Below are positions 26,330 to 35,984 of a stretch of DNA of 64,000 bases, piece by piece. The notes beneath the pieces are model-generated. The model was not told the DNA's origin. It did not search any database and worked only from the letters and a program-made list of their open reading frames with translations. The stretch's first letter is position 1. The number at the start of each line of letters is the position of its first letter. The translations under genes were made by a program, and so were the position numbers. This stretch comes from Methanobacteriota archaeon (GTDB taxonomy: Archaea > Thermoplasmatota > Thermoplasmata > SG8-5 > DAIRED01): contig JAZDNO010000029.1 of NCBI GenBank assembly GCA_043799545.1, forward strand, positions 20,668 through 84,667, given 5' to 3'.

Positions 26330-27487
26330 GTGAAAGGCTACCGCCTGGTCCTGCTCTCGATGGCGCTCACGTCCGTGATAAACGGCCTGCTTTATTCGGT
26401 GCTGGCGCTATACGTCTACAGTGCTAGCGAGGACTTCTTCCTCGTTGGGCTGATGATGGCCCTGCCGTTCCTGGCGGCTGTGCCGATGACGTTCGTCTGG
26501 GGGGCTGTGTCCGACAGGATAGGCAGCAGGAAGATGGTGATCGCCGGCGCGGGCCTCGCGGGGGGGGTCCTGTTCTTTCCGATGCCGTTCCTGGGAACAA
26601 CGTGGCTCATAGCCCTGCGCTTCGTCCAGGTGGCGCTGACGACCTCGATAGTCCTGCTGAACGCGACCGTGACGGAGTTCTTCCCTGCGAAGAAGGGCAG
26701 CTCCGTCGGAGACCTGGCGCTCGTAGGCGGAGCGGGCCAGATGGCGGGGGCGCTCGCGGCCGGATTCTTGCTGCCGTACGGCGAGATGCACCAGGGCTCG
26801 GCAGCGCTGATGTCGGTATTCTTCCTTTCGGGGGTGCTGGTCATCGTCGCCTCACTCGCCGTCCTACCGATAGAGGAGGCCGGAAAGAAGGCGGTGGGCG
26901 TGAGGGCGAGGGACCTCCTGAAGTTCGGGGAGCGGAAGGGGATGGTTCCGGTTGTGCTCGCGGCGCTGGTCATCCCGCTGTCGGGGTACATAGTCTTCTC
27001 GGTATTCCCCGTTTACATAGGGAATCTGGACATCCCCTGGGACGCGACTATGAAGGTGGGCGTCTTCACAGCGCTCTCGGCGGTCACGGGCATCTTCGCT
27101 TCTGGGTTCGCGGGACGGGCTTGCGACAGGTGGGGGCGCAGGTGGGTTCTCGTGGGCTCGGGTATCGCATACGTGCTCGTCTGGCTCGGCATGGGTTTCA
27201 CACGCGACCCGTTCGTCACTGCGTTCTTCTGGGCCATGCCCGTGTGGTCGTTCTTCTACGTAAGCTCGACTGCGATGGTTTCAGACCTCACGCGCGAGGA
27301 CGAGCGCGGGCGCGGAATCGGTCTCGTCAACTCGGCCATGAACCTCGGCGGTGCGGTCGGCGCAATCACCGCCGGGTACCTGCTGTCCAAGGGCGTTGTG
27401 GACAACGTATTCTTCGCAGCCGCGTTCGTTGCGGCAATCGGGACTTGCGCGGCATTCGCGTGCAGGGAAACGCTTGCCCGCGATTGA
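26330..27487 (+). CDS. MFS transporter
   Basis: About 12 TM helices; WGAVSDRIGSRK and GRACDRWGRR motif A; GTG start. Confidence 0.9.
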   Translation: MKGYRLVLLSMALTSVINGLLYSVLALYVYSASEDFFLVGLMMALPFLAAVPMTFVWGAVSDRIGSRKMVIAGAGLAGGVLFFPMPFLGTTWLIALRFVQVALTTSIVLLNATVTEFFPAKKGSSVGDLALVGGAGQMAGALAAGFLLPYGEMHQGSAALMSVFFLSGVLVIVASLAVLPIEEAGKKAVGVRARDLLKFGERKGMVPVVLAALVIPLSGYIVFSVFPVYIGNLDIPWDATMKVGVFTALSAVTGIFASGFAGRACDRWGRRWVLVGSGIAYVLVWLGMGFTRDPFVTAFFWAMPVWSFFYVSSTAMVSDLTREDERGRGIGLVNSAMNLGGAVGAITAGYLLSKGVVDNVFFAAAFVAAIGTCAAFACRETLARD

Positions 27488-27578
27488 GGCAATGGATGAG
27501 AGATAGGACGCATGGAGAATCGCTACAGGCATTCCGGGCCCGACAACCGTTAAATATCATTGCGCTCATGTTAGTATC

Positions 27579-30500
27579 ATGTGCGGGTTGCTCTGTCGCC
27601 TTTCTGCAGGGATATTGGCCATCGTCATGATATCCGGCGCCATATTTCCATTGGCGAACGAATCGGCTGGCTCGGCGGTTCCGCGCGACGGAGGCGAGGC
27701 GTTCGGCCGCCGGATGGGGCTGCTGAGGGAGGACCCCAGGAACTCGCCGATGCTGACGGAGGTATCCGCTGAACGAATCTGCGCGGCGTTCCCGGGTGCA
27801 TTGCCGGCCTCGGTCGATAACTCCGCGGGCCTGCCCCCCATAGGCGACCAGGGCCACCAGGGTTCCTGCGTGGCATTTTCAGTCGGTTACTATCACACCA
27901 CTTACATCGAAAACAAGGAGAACCCAATAAACATGAAGAATCCGGCCAACCAGGTCAGTCCCGCGTTCGTGTACAACCATATAAATGGAGGCGAGGATGG
28001 CGGAGCGTACTTCGGCGATGCCGCGAACTTCATAATGAGCCATGGAGCCTGCAGCATGGCAGAGATGCCCTACAACGACCATGAATGCACATCGTGGCCG
28101 TCGGACGACTGGAAGTACGTAAACGCACTCAAGAGGAGGGCAGCGGGGGCGTACTGGATAAACGTCGGTTGGAGCCCGGGGATTGAAGCTCTCAAGGCTC
28201 ACCTAGCCAGCGGCAACACTGCTGTCTTGGGCATAGAGTGCTGGGACACCTTCTTCGATATTGAATTCTACAACAACACCTACAGTTCGGCAGATCTCAT
28301 CGGCAGCGATTGGGGCGGGCATGGCGTGTGCGTCGTGGGCTACGATGACTCCATGGAGACGCCGGACGGATACGGAGCTTTCCGGATAGCCAATTCATGG
28401 GGCACATACTGGGGGGATGACGGCTACTTCTGGATGACTTACGAGGCCGTGATGGACCCCAGGATTTCCCAGCTATCGGTGATTTACCTCGAGAGCTTGG
28501 TGGATTACGAGCCTTTGATGGTGGCGAAGGCAACATTCGACCATTCGCGCCGCGGCGACGTGACCAAATCTGACGGGCTCTGGATGGCCCTCTCAGTCGA
28601 CGGAGAAGAGGCGTGGTCAAAACCGTTTTTCAACGCTTCCGAGATGGAGGAATGGATGGAATATATTGGAGAGGACTACCAGGCAATTCCATTCCCTGAC
28701 GGCCCCGTAGTTCTTGACCTCACAGAGGCGTACTCCGAGCTGGGTCCTCCCGGTGCGGAAAACATTTTTTACCTGGTTGCAATGGATTCTGGGGCAACGG
28801 GCGGAGCCATCACCTCGCTCCAAATAATCGACGTTCCCGACTGGTCTGGAAACTGCACCCCCTGGGGCTCAAAGGAAATTCCTCCCGGAGGTTTCGCGGA
28901 GGTAGAGTTGTCGCTGGATAGAACAACATTCAAGCATCTGCCAATAAAAATCGAGGAATACCAGACGATGAAGATGAAAGCCATATCGGAGTTCTGGCAA
29001 GGCGCCGGGACTGTAGATGACCCGTACGTATTGTCCAGCTACGATATAGATGGTTCGGGATGGGGATTCTGCCTGGACGTGGCTTCTAAAAAAGATTGGG
29101 TTGTCGTGGAGAATTGCTCATTTTACGGCGCGAGCGGAACCGGATACGACCCAGTCGACACGGGGGTCCTCTTGCGCAACGTTTCCAGATGGTCGCTGTC
29201 TGGAAGCGATGTCTCCGGATGCGACTGCGGTGTCCTGATAATCGAAGGATGCGACGACAATTATGTTATAAACAATAACGTGCACGACAATATCCAATAC
29301 GGGATATTCCTTGATATTACATCGGGGAACGCTGTTTACAACAACAACATCATTAACAACAGAATGCAAGCCGAGGACTACAGCGGTTTGAACCGTTGGG
29401 ACGACCAGTATCCTGGGACTTACGCCGTGCCCTCCGAGGAAGCCGACCCGATAACAACCAGAACCGAGGAGACGCAATGGCTGGTCCCGGTCCACCAAGA
29501 CTCGATATGGGCCCAGAACAATACAGAGGACTTCGTCAGGATGCTCGCGGGTGCAAATTATTCGCTCGCGATAAATTCCACGAACCTCCAGGCATTCGAC
29601 GTATGGGTGAATGGGTACACGGACGCGAACGACCTGGACATCGCAGTCTTCCTCGACGGCAACAACGGCCAGCCACTCGATGGAGCGGTACAGTGGCAGG
29701 AAGTACTTTCCGATTCCTCATTCGAATTCGATATTTTCAACTCGTCAATCCCACTGGGCCATTATAGCTATTGCGCCGATGCCGACGCGAACGAGGGGAT
29801 TCGCGTGCTGCATCCTGTGGACGGCACGTACTTCGTCAAGGTTCTGGGGTTCGACGTTCAAACCCCGCCAGGCGGTCATTTCGACATCCGGGTCGGGACT
29901 GAAACGGTCGAGGGCGCAATCCTGGCGAACCGTAACGTCATCACGGGAAGCGTGAACGTCACAAAAAACGAGATTTGTCGTTGGAAGGCATACCGCGAGG
30001 ATGCCATTGACAACAATGCGGTGTATGACATGGATGGAACCGAGGTCGTTACGTGGTACTTCGAACTTCCATGCATCCCCATGGCCGGAACGGTCGACCT
30101 CAGCTACTATTCCGATTCTGGAACGCCCGGAGACGCGTCGGACGATTTCTGGGAATCGTTCGAAAGCATAGGCTTCGTCGAAGGTCTTGACTATTCAATC
30201 TACCCCGACGGGACGGTGGCAATATTCGCTTTTGACGGGACGGCAGGCGAGTCCTTGTATGCGAACTTTTCATACCTTTCTAGCATAGCAGTCCCGCCGT
30301 CTGGGTATACTGTGTTCGAAGAAGCCGGCGCATTAATTTTCGATGAACCGCTCAGCTCGCATTTGTGCAATATCACTGTGATGTATTCGTATGTGAGTGT
30401 GGGTGGGGGGAATTACTGGTCGGATTACGCGGGCGAGGACGAACTCTCCGGGCCAGCCCAGGACCAGCCAGGATGCGATGGCTTCGGAGATTGGCCGTAT

Positions 30501-31100
30501 ATTGATATTCTCGGAGGCTATGGAGTCTGGGACCTTTACCCTCTGATGGAGCCTTGGGGCGCTCCTCCGCCGTTGCCTCAGAGCTACTTCAGAGTGCCGG
30601 TCGTCGCCGGGTGGAACCTGATCTCAGTTCCGCTGACGCTCGCCGGTTCAAGCTTGCCCGCGCAGCTTCTCGACACTGACGGCGATACCTTCTGGGACCG
30701 CGCGGCGAGGTACGATCCCAACGACGCAGCCGACAGATGGAAGCAGTACTACGATGCATGGCCGGTCAGTTTCAACGACTTCACATGCGTCGATTGCGCC
30801 GCCGGATTCTGGATAAACGTGACCGATGTCGGCGACGGATACATCAACCTGAGCGGAACCGTTCCAGTCTCGACGCATGTCACCCTCCGGGCCGGATGGA
30901 ACCTCGTGGGGTATCCTACTTTAAACCCAAGCGTGATCGCTGCCGACGCATTCTGGGGTACTGGCGTTTACACGGTGGAGACCTTCGACCCGGGCGAAAC
31001 GTACCTGACGAGCGCTGTGGGGCCGGGTCATGTAATGACCCCTGGCAGGGGTTATTGGGTGCACGTCGCCGCGGATACGGTCTGGACCGTGGATTGGTGA
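27579..31100 (+). CDS. Secreted papain-family (C1A) cysteine peptidase with NosD/CASH beta-helix, PPC-like insert and C-terminal GWNL repeats
   Basis: GDQGHQGSCVAF, GGHGVCVVGYDD, ANSWG..WGDDGYFW; pectin-lyase-like NN repeats; GGNYWSDY; GWNLISVP and GWNLVGYP. Confidence 0.88.
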   Translation: MCGLLCRLSAGILAIVMISGAIFPLANESAGSAVPRDGGEAFGRRMGLLREDPRNSPMLTEVSAERICAAFPGALPASVDNSAGLPPIGDQGHQGSCVAFSVGYYHTTYIENKENPINMKNPANQVSPAFVYNHINGGEDGGAYFGDAANFIMSHGACSMAEMPYNDHECTSWPSDDWKYVNALKRRAAGAYWINVGWSPGIEALKAHLASGNTAVLGIECWDTFFDIEFYNNTYSSADLIGSDWGGHGVCVVGYDDSMETPDGYGAFRIANSWGTYWGDDGYFWMTYEAVMDPRISQLSVIYLESLVDYEPLMVAKATFDHSRRGDVTKSDGLWMALSVDGEEAWSKPFFNASEMEEWMEYIGEDYQAIPFPDGPVVLDLTEAYSELGPPGAENIFYLVAMDSGATGGAITSLQIIDVPDWSGNCTPWGSKEIPPGGFAEVELSLDRTTFKHLPIKIEEYQTMKMKAISEFWQGAGTVDDPYVLSSYDIDGSGWGFCLDVASKKDWVVVENCSFYGASGTGYDPVDTGVLLRNVSRWSLSGSDVSGCDCGVLIIEGCDDNYVINNNVHDNIQYGIFLDITSGNAVYNNNIINNRMQAEDYSGLNRWDDQYPGTYAVPSEEADPITTRTEETQWLVPVHQDSIWAQNNTEDFVRMLAGANYSLAINSTNLQAFDVWVNGYTDANDLDIAVFLDGNNGQPLDGAVQWQEVLSDSSFEFDIFNSSIPLGHYSYCADADANEGIRVLHPVDGTYFVKVLGFDVQTPPGGHFDIRVGTETVEGAILANRNVITGSVNVTKNEICRWKAYREDAIDNNAVYDMDGTEVVTWYFELPCIPMAGTVDLSYYSDSGTPGDASDDFWESFESIGFVEGLDYSIYPDGTVAIFAFDGTAGESLYANFSYLSSIAVPPSGYTVFEEAGALIFDEPLSSHLCNITVMYSYVSVGGGNYWSDYAGEDELSGPAQDQPGCDGFGDWPYIDILGGYGVWDLYPLMEPWGAPPPLPQSYFRVPVVAGWNLISVPLTLAGSSLPAQLLDTDGDTFWDRAARYDPNDAADRWKQYYDAWPVSFNDFTCVDCAAGFWINVTDVGDGYINLSGTVPVSTHVTLRAGWNLVGYPTLNPSVIAADAFWGTGVYTVETFDPGETYLTSAVGPGHVMTPGRGYWVHVAADTVWTVDW

Positions 31101-31182
31101 CGGGCGTCGCGGGCTGACGTAAGGCAGGGCTGACGCCCTCCACATCTGAACATTAAAATATCCCGACGGTTTACCAGCCCCC

Positions 31183-32136
31183 ATGACCGGAATGACCGTC
31201 GCAGTGGTTGGCGACGCTCTGTTCGCAGCGGACCTGGGAAAGAAGGGAACTGTCTCCGACATCTCGTTCTACAACCTCAAGCGCGGGGACGTCGGCATCA
31301 CTTACGTCGAGCCGTCGAGGTATCCGGAGAGAATCCAGTCGCTCCTCACCGCGCTGGCGATGGCTGACTCGGTCGTTCTCGTCATCGAGAAGTTGGACCG
31401 GCTGGTCGGAGAGGCGATTGTAGCCATCGACTCTGTCGGCGTGCCGCGCGGGCACATCATCCTGAAGAACTTCGTCCAGCCGGAGGAAATCGCGCCGTAC
31501 ATTAAGGGCACGGTACTGGAGAGCTACACCCAGGAAGAGCCGGACACGAACAAGATGAACGACCGCCACGTCAACGCCGTTCTTCCGCCGTGCGACGGGC
31601 CTGTAAAGATACCCGTGGACCACCATTTCAACGTGAAGGGTGTCGGCGTTGTCATCCTGGGGTGCGTCAAGAGGGGTCAGGTGAAACTTCACGACGAGCT
31701 GCAGATTTACCCGACCGAAAAGACTGCGATGGTTCGCTCCATTCAGGTCCACGACACGGACGTCAAGCAAGCCGTCCTGGGAAACCGCGTCGGGCTGGCC
31801 GTGAAAAACGCGGAGGTCGAGGATTTTGACAGGGGCTACGTTCTGGCTCCCAAGGGCTCGCTCTCGAGCGCGGACGAGCTCTCCGTGGATTTCGCCGCGA
31901 GCAAGTTCTGGAAGGGCGAGATTGCAAAAGACTCGATAGTCCACGTCGCAGTCGGTCTGCAGATCCGGCCAGGCAAGGCAGTCGCTGTCGATGGAGGCTC
32001 CCTGAAGCCAGGGGCGACAGCGGCGCTCAAATTGAAGCTGGACAAACCAGTCGCTTACGAGAAAGGGGACCGCGCGATCGTCCTGGATCTCGACTCGAAG
32101 GGATTGAGAATCGTCGGGCGCGGAACGCTGGCCTGA
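31183..32136 (+). CDS. EF-Tu/SelB-like protein with degenerate G domain (EF-Tu domain 2/3 protein)
   Basis: KKGTVSDI in place of a P-loop; PVDHHFNVKGVGVVILG, VRSIQVHD..GNRVGLAVK. Confidence 0.8.
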   Translation: MTGMTVAVVGDALFAADLGKKGTVSDISFYNLKRGDVGITYVEPSRYPERIQSLLTALAMADSVVLVIEKLDRLVGEAIVAIDSVGVPRGHIILKNFVQPEEIAPYIKGTVLESYTQEEPDTNKMNDRHVNAVLPPCDGPVKIPVDHHFNVKGVGVVILGCVKRGQVKLHDELQIYPTEKTAMVRSIQVHDTDVKQAVLGNRVGLAVKNAEVEDFDRGYVLAPKGSLSSADELSVDFAASKFWKGEIAKDSIVHVAVGLQIRPGKAVAVDGGSLKPGATAALKLKLDKPVAYEKGDRAIVLDLDSKGLRIVGRGTLA

Positions 32137-32145
32137 GCGCCTTTC

Positions 32146-34068
32146 TCACGCCGCCTTCATTTCCACGCCCTTTGATGAAAGTATCCTGCAATTTCCCGGC
32201 GGCATCACCTGCATGATGTCGTCGAGCGGGAGGCCCAGCGCCTTCGACGCCTCCTTGGCAATGTCGGATTTCTTCACCTCGCCGGGGTCGAGGACGATGT
32301 ACTTCGCGCAGTTCGCTTCCACGGCGGTTACCGGGCCGCACATTGCGAGGCTCTGCCCGCCGTATTCCAGCACTCCGAGAGCGCACCTCACCCGTATCTC
32401 CTGGGCGTAGTTGCGCTTGCCCCGGATGACGAATGCGCCCTTCGCCAGATACTCCCCCGGATTCGGGGTCTTGCTGACCTGGTCGGGCGTCACCCAGTAT
32501 GATGCCCCGGTTGCGAGCCCGGCGTTCCAGAGCTTCGAGAAGGTGAGCGAGAATTCGCAGGCCTCGCGCCTCGAGGAGTCGCCTATGTCGCGCGGCGAGC
32601 CGTCCGGGCCGAGGGCTTTCAGGATTGCGCTGGGCGCGCCATGGACCTCGGCGTGCGCGTATAAGTCCTGCTCCTTGAGGTGCTTCTTCACGGCCTGCTC
32701 GTTGGTCTTCGAGTCCTTTCCGGCAATCACCAGGTTCCCCTCGGATGTGACGAACCACCTGAATCTCTCAAACCAGAACAGCCTCCTCGCAGCCTTCTTG
32801 GGCTCGTGGTGCACCTTCGCCTGCTCCGCTCCCTTTGCCATGGTTTCTTCTAGGGCGCGCCTGGCCCCGTCGAGCCGTTCGCGGGATTTCTTAGCCACCT
32901 CGTACAGCCTGCCCGCGTTCTGGTTTATGTCCTTCCCCTTCTGGAGGATGGTCTCCCCGCCTTCGGGCGAGGGGATGGAGTAGAGGTGGTTGCGCGCGTC
33001 GACTATCTTCGCGCCTGTGATCATGGAGGACACGTCCTCTAGCGGCACCGTCTTTATGCGTTCAATTATATGATTGTAATACTGATAGTTCGTGTACACG
33101 ATTTCGGCCTTCTTTTCCAGTTCGGCTGTTTCCGTCTCCAGCCGCGCGATGGCGTTTCGCTGCTGCTCGATGGTGCGCTCCAGCGTGGCGCTCCTCTCCT
33201 CCGCCACCGTCTCCTCCCCCTCGTCCGCCATCCTGGGGTGGCTGTCGAAGTAGAACTGGACGGCCTCGCCGAACGTGACGAACACGCGCTCCAGCGCGCC
33301 CTCGTGTGTGCGTAGCCTGAAAGGCGAGAAATCTGTGGGATTCTCCATAGACATTATCGCGTAAGGCTCGATGGCGCCTGTCTCCGCAGCGGCCAGGAGG
33401 CCCATCACGGCCTTGTGCAGCCCTGCCACTTCTTCGCGCGTGAGCTGCGAGGCCTTCGCAGATTTCTCAATCCCGGCGATGGCGCACGCCTCCTCGGCGA
33501 ACGGCCCGCCAAGGCCGGCAACTGAAGCGAGCGTCCGGACGATGTCGGACTTTGAGCCGGCGAGGACTTCGGCGGTCTTTTCCTCGGTCAGCTGCGTGAT
33601 GTCCAGCGGTGGCGGTGGAGGCAGGTACGTCTCCTGGGATTTCAGGGTGCGCTTGGCCCACGAGCGGACAGTGAGCGGCTGGACGATGACACCGTCCTGT
33701 AGCAGTATCACGTTCCCGCTGCCGAACAGCTCGACGACGAGCTCGCGCACTCCTTCCGCACCCGAGAAAGTGAAACGCACGATGCGGTCGAAGCCCTCCT
33801 GGCGCACGTCGACGAGCCTGGCGCCGGAGAGGTGCTTGCGCAGGAGCATCGCGAACGAAGTAGGCAGAGCCCCCTCGGGGAGGTCGGCGTCTCCGGCTAT
33901 TACGAAGCTTCCGCTGGAGATGAGTATGGCCCCCTTGCGCTGGCCCTTGAGACGGACCAGCACGTTGAATCCGCCGAAGTGGTACGCCTTGTCGACGGTA
34001 AGCCCCACGAGCTCCCGCAGCTCGCGTATGACGCACCGCAGTTCGAGCGAGGACAGTTGCCTGCGCAT
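32146..34068 (-). CDS. rqcH: Ribosome quality-control protein Rqc2/NEMF (aRqcH; NFACT family)
   Basis: FAMLLRKHL, Q.GFDRIV, ELFGSGNVIL, WFERFRWFVTSEG.LVIAGKD...NE, HAEVHGAP, VSKTPNPGEYLAKGAFVIRGKRNY. Confidence 0.93.
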   Translation of the reverse strand: MRRQLSSLELRCVIRELRELVGLTVDKAYHFGGFNVLVRLKGQRKGAILISSGSFVIAGDADLPEGALPTSFAMLLRKHLSGARLVDVRQEGFDRIVRFTFSGAEGVRELVVELFGSGNVILLQDGVIVQPLTVRSWAKRTLKSQETYLPPPPPLDITQLTEEKTAEVLAGSKSDIVRTLASVAGLGGPFAEEACAIAGIEKSAKASQLTREEVAGLHKAVMGLLAAAETGAIEPYAIMSMENPTDFSPFRLRTHEGALERVFVTFGEAVQFYFDSHPRMADEGEETVAEERSATLERTIEQQRNAIARLETETAELEKKAEIVYTNYQYYNHIIERIKTVPLEDVSSMITGAKIVDARNHLYSIPSPEGGETILQKGKDINQNAGRLYEVAKKSRERLDGARRALEETMAKGAEQAKVHHEPKKAARRLFWFERFRWFVTSEGNLVIAGKDSKTNEQAVKKHLKEQDLYAHAEVHGAPSAILKALGPDGSPRDIGDSSRREACEFSLTFSKLWNAGLATGASYWVTPDQVSKTPNPGEYLAKGAFVIRGKRNYAQEIRVRCALGVLEYGGQSLAMCGPVTAVEANCAKYIVLDPGEVKKSDIAKEASKALGLPLDDIMQVMPPGNCRILSSKGVEMKAA

Positions 34069-34147
34069 GGTTGGGTGAAGGGCCGCGCATACAATAACTT
34101 TGTCAAAAGGATATTATCCAACCTCTGCTTTAGGGCGCTTCGCGAGC

Positions 34148-34219
34148 GCCACTGTGGCTTAGTGGTATAGCGACTCCTTGGTAAGGAGTAGGTCGAGGGT
34201 TCAATTCCCTTCAGTGGCT
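34148..34219 (+). tRNA. trnT: tRNA-Thr(GGT), CCA not encoded
   Basis: Acceptor GCCACTG/CAGTGGC, D-arm GCTT/TAGC, anticodon stem ACTCC/GGAGT with loop TTGGTAA, T-arm GAGGG-TTCAATT-CCCTT. Confidence 0.97.
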
Positions 34220-34222
34220 CAG

Positions 34223-34229
34223 TTTTTTT
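34223..34229 (+). terminator. Oligo-T archaeal terminator after the tRNA
   Basis: T7 tract 3 nt after the discriminator base. Confidence 0.6.
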
Positions 34230-34242
34230 CTCTTCTATTCGC

Positions 34243-34258
34243 CTGAAGGGAATTGAAC
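34243..34258. repeat. Perfect 16-bp inverted copy of the tRNA-Thr T-arm
   Basis: CTGAAGGGAATTGAAC is the reverse complement of 34199-34214 (GTTCAATTCCCTTCAG). Confidence 0.9.
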
Positions 34259-34433
34259 TTGACGAACACATGGGACGAAGGTTGCTTCTGGCCAAGTGTT
34301 CGTCGGTTCAAACGATCAGTGGCTCCTTCGCTTTGGTTTGAATCCTTGGATATGTAAACAATTATATCTCCGTCCATCCTTATTGACTTTGGATGCATTC
34401 GCTCTGTCGGCTCACGGCGTCGTGTTTTTGCGC

Positions 34434-35741
34434 ATGGGAGGCCGGCCTTTGGAAGTAGTCACCCTGATTATCATGCTCCTGGTCATCCTCGTTGCCGCGC
34501 GTCTCGCGGGTGAGGCCTCGGAGCGCTTCGGGCAGCCGGCGATTATCGGGGAGCTGCTGGCAGGGATAATCCTCGGTCCGACGCTGTTGGGTTTCCTCGA
34601 CCCGCTGAGCTTGCCGCCCGAGGACTTGATGAAGGTCGTGCTGGATGTGGTTTCGACGCTGGCAATATTCTTCGTCGTGTTCTACGCCGGGCTGGAGATG
34701 AGCGTCAAGGACCTCACGTCGGCCGTGTGCGGCAAGGGGCTCTATTTCGCTGTGGGGAGCTTCGTCGTTACATTTCTGGCTGGATATGCCACCGGATTCT
34801 ATTTCATGCAAGACCATGTCGGCGCCTCGTTCCTGGGCCTTTGCGTGGCGATAACGGCCCTCCCAGTATCGATAAAGCTGCTCGCGGACCTCGGCCGCCT
34901 GCACACGAGGACTGGCAACGCAATCATCGGCACGGCGATGGTCCAGGACATCATCGCGATAACTGTCCTGAGCATCCTCATAGGCCTCAACGTCAAGATA
35001 GGCCATGCGACCCCGTTCACCATATTGATGATGGTAATGAAGATAACCATCTTCCTGCTCCTGATTTTCGCCCTCGAGAGGTCCTTCCACATCAAGGATG
35101 GCTGGCTCGCGGGGAAGCTCACGGCGACGATGTCGAAGGTCAAGAGCAAGGAGGGCCAGTTCTCGATAGCGGTGATAGTGGCCATGTACTTCGCAGTCAT
35201 CGCCGAGTTCTTGGGGCTCAGCTACATCATCGGCGCCTTCTACGGCGGGCTCATATTCTCGAAATTCGCAGTGGGGGAGATGAACTTTGCGGCTATAAAA
35301 CGAGGGACGTCTGGAATCGCCATGGGCTTCTTCGCGCCGATTTTCATCTGCTACATCGGCCTGATGTTCAACCTGAGGGAGCTGCTCCCCATCCTCGGCA
35401 TGTTTCTTGTGGTCCTGATTGTCGCCGTCGTGAGCATGTTCGGGAGCGGCTACCTGGGGGCGCGGATGGCCGGATACAACGAGAAAGAAGCAAGAATCAT
35501 TGGTGTGGGTATAAACACCCGCGGGATGATGGAGATGGTCGTGGCTCTCGTCGGTTACAATTACGGTTTCATAGATAAAAATTTCTTCTCGATACTCGTC
35601 GGAATGGCGCTTGTTACGACAATGGTGACTCCCTCATTACTGAAATATCTCTATGCCAGATTGCCCGAGGAAAAGGCGGCATCCGCAGAGGAGCGCGAGG
35701 AGCAGATCCTGAAGGAAATGCGCGAGTGGTTGAAGGGGTGA
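34434..35741 (+). CDS. Cation:proton antiporter (CPA2/Kef-type Na+/H+ exchanger)
   Basis: GQPAIIGELLAGIILGP, FYAGLEM, AITALPV, AMVQDI, GFFAPIF, G.NTRG.ME. Start trimmed to ATG 34434. Confidence 0.9.
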   Translation: MGGRPLEVVTLIIMLLVILVAARLAGEASERFGQPAIIGELLAGIILGPTLLGFLDPLSLPPEDLMKVVLDVVSTLAIFFVVFYAGLEMSVKDLTSAVCGKGLYFAVGSFVVTFLAGYATGFYFMQDHVGASFLGLCVAITALPVSIKLLADLGRLHTRTGNAIIGTAMVQDIIAITVLSILIGLNVKIGHATPFTILMMVMKITIFLLLIFALERSFHIKDGWLAGKLTATMSKVKSKEGQFSIAVIVAMYFAVIAEFLGLSYIIGAFYGGLIFSKFAVGEMNFAAIKRGTSGIAMGFFAPIFICYIGLMFNLRELLPILGMFLVVLIVAVVSMFGSGYLGARMAGYNEKEARIIGVGINTRGMMEMVVALVGYNYGFIDKNFFSILVGMALVTTMVTPSLLKYLYARLPEEKAASAEEREEQILKEMREWLKG

Positions 35742-35895
35742 TTGTGAGCGGCGAGCGCAGGTCGACCCCCTACGGGGACGCTCGACCGACTTTGTGCGAG
35801 CCAGTTTCGAAGCTCGGAGGCATTCCCCGCCGGCACGGAAAACGAAGGTTGCGCCTGGCTCAGCGAAGGCCGCCCGTTGGCCCGCCCGAGGGCAC

Positions 35896-35909
35896 CGAAA
35901 GTTTATTAA
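35896..35909 (+). promoter_or_regulatory. BRE plus TATA promoter for the downstream surface protein
   Basis: CGAAAG-TTTATTAA matches the archaeal BRE/TATA layout. Confidence 0.55.
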
Positions 35910-35984
35910 CGTAGAGTTGTTGTCCGACTTTACCCAAAACCATTCCAACGTAAGTAGAAATATTACAAACCAGAGGGATTTGAA

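Noticed and set aside
29419-30400. Insertion in the C1A peptidase as an intein
   Set aside because: No N-terminal Cys/Ser block, no C-terminal His-Asn and no LAGLIDADG motif.
34148-34430. tRNA-Thr as attachment site of an integrated element
   Set aside because: No direct repeat of the tRNA 3' end elsewhere in the window and no integrase; the only copy is inverted (reported separately).
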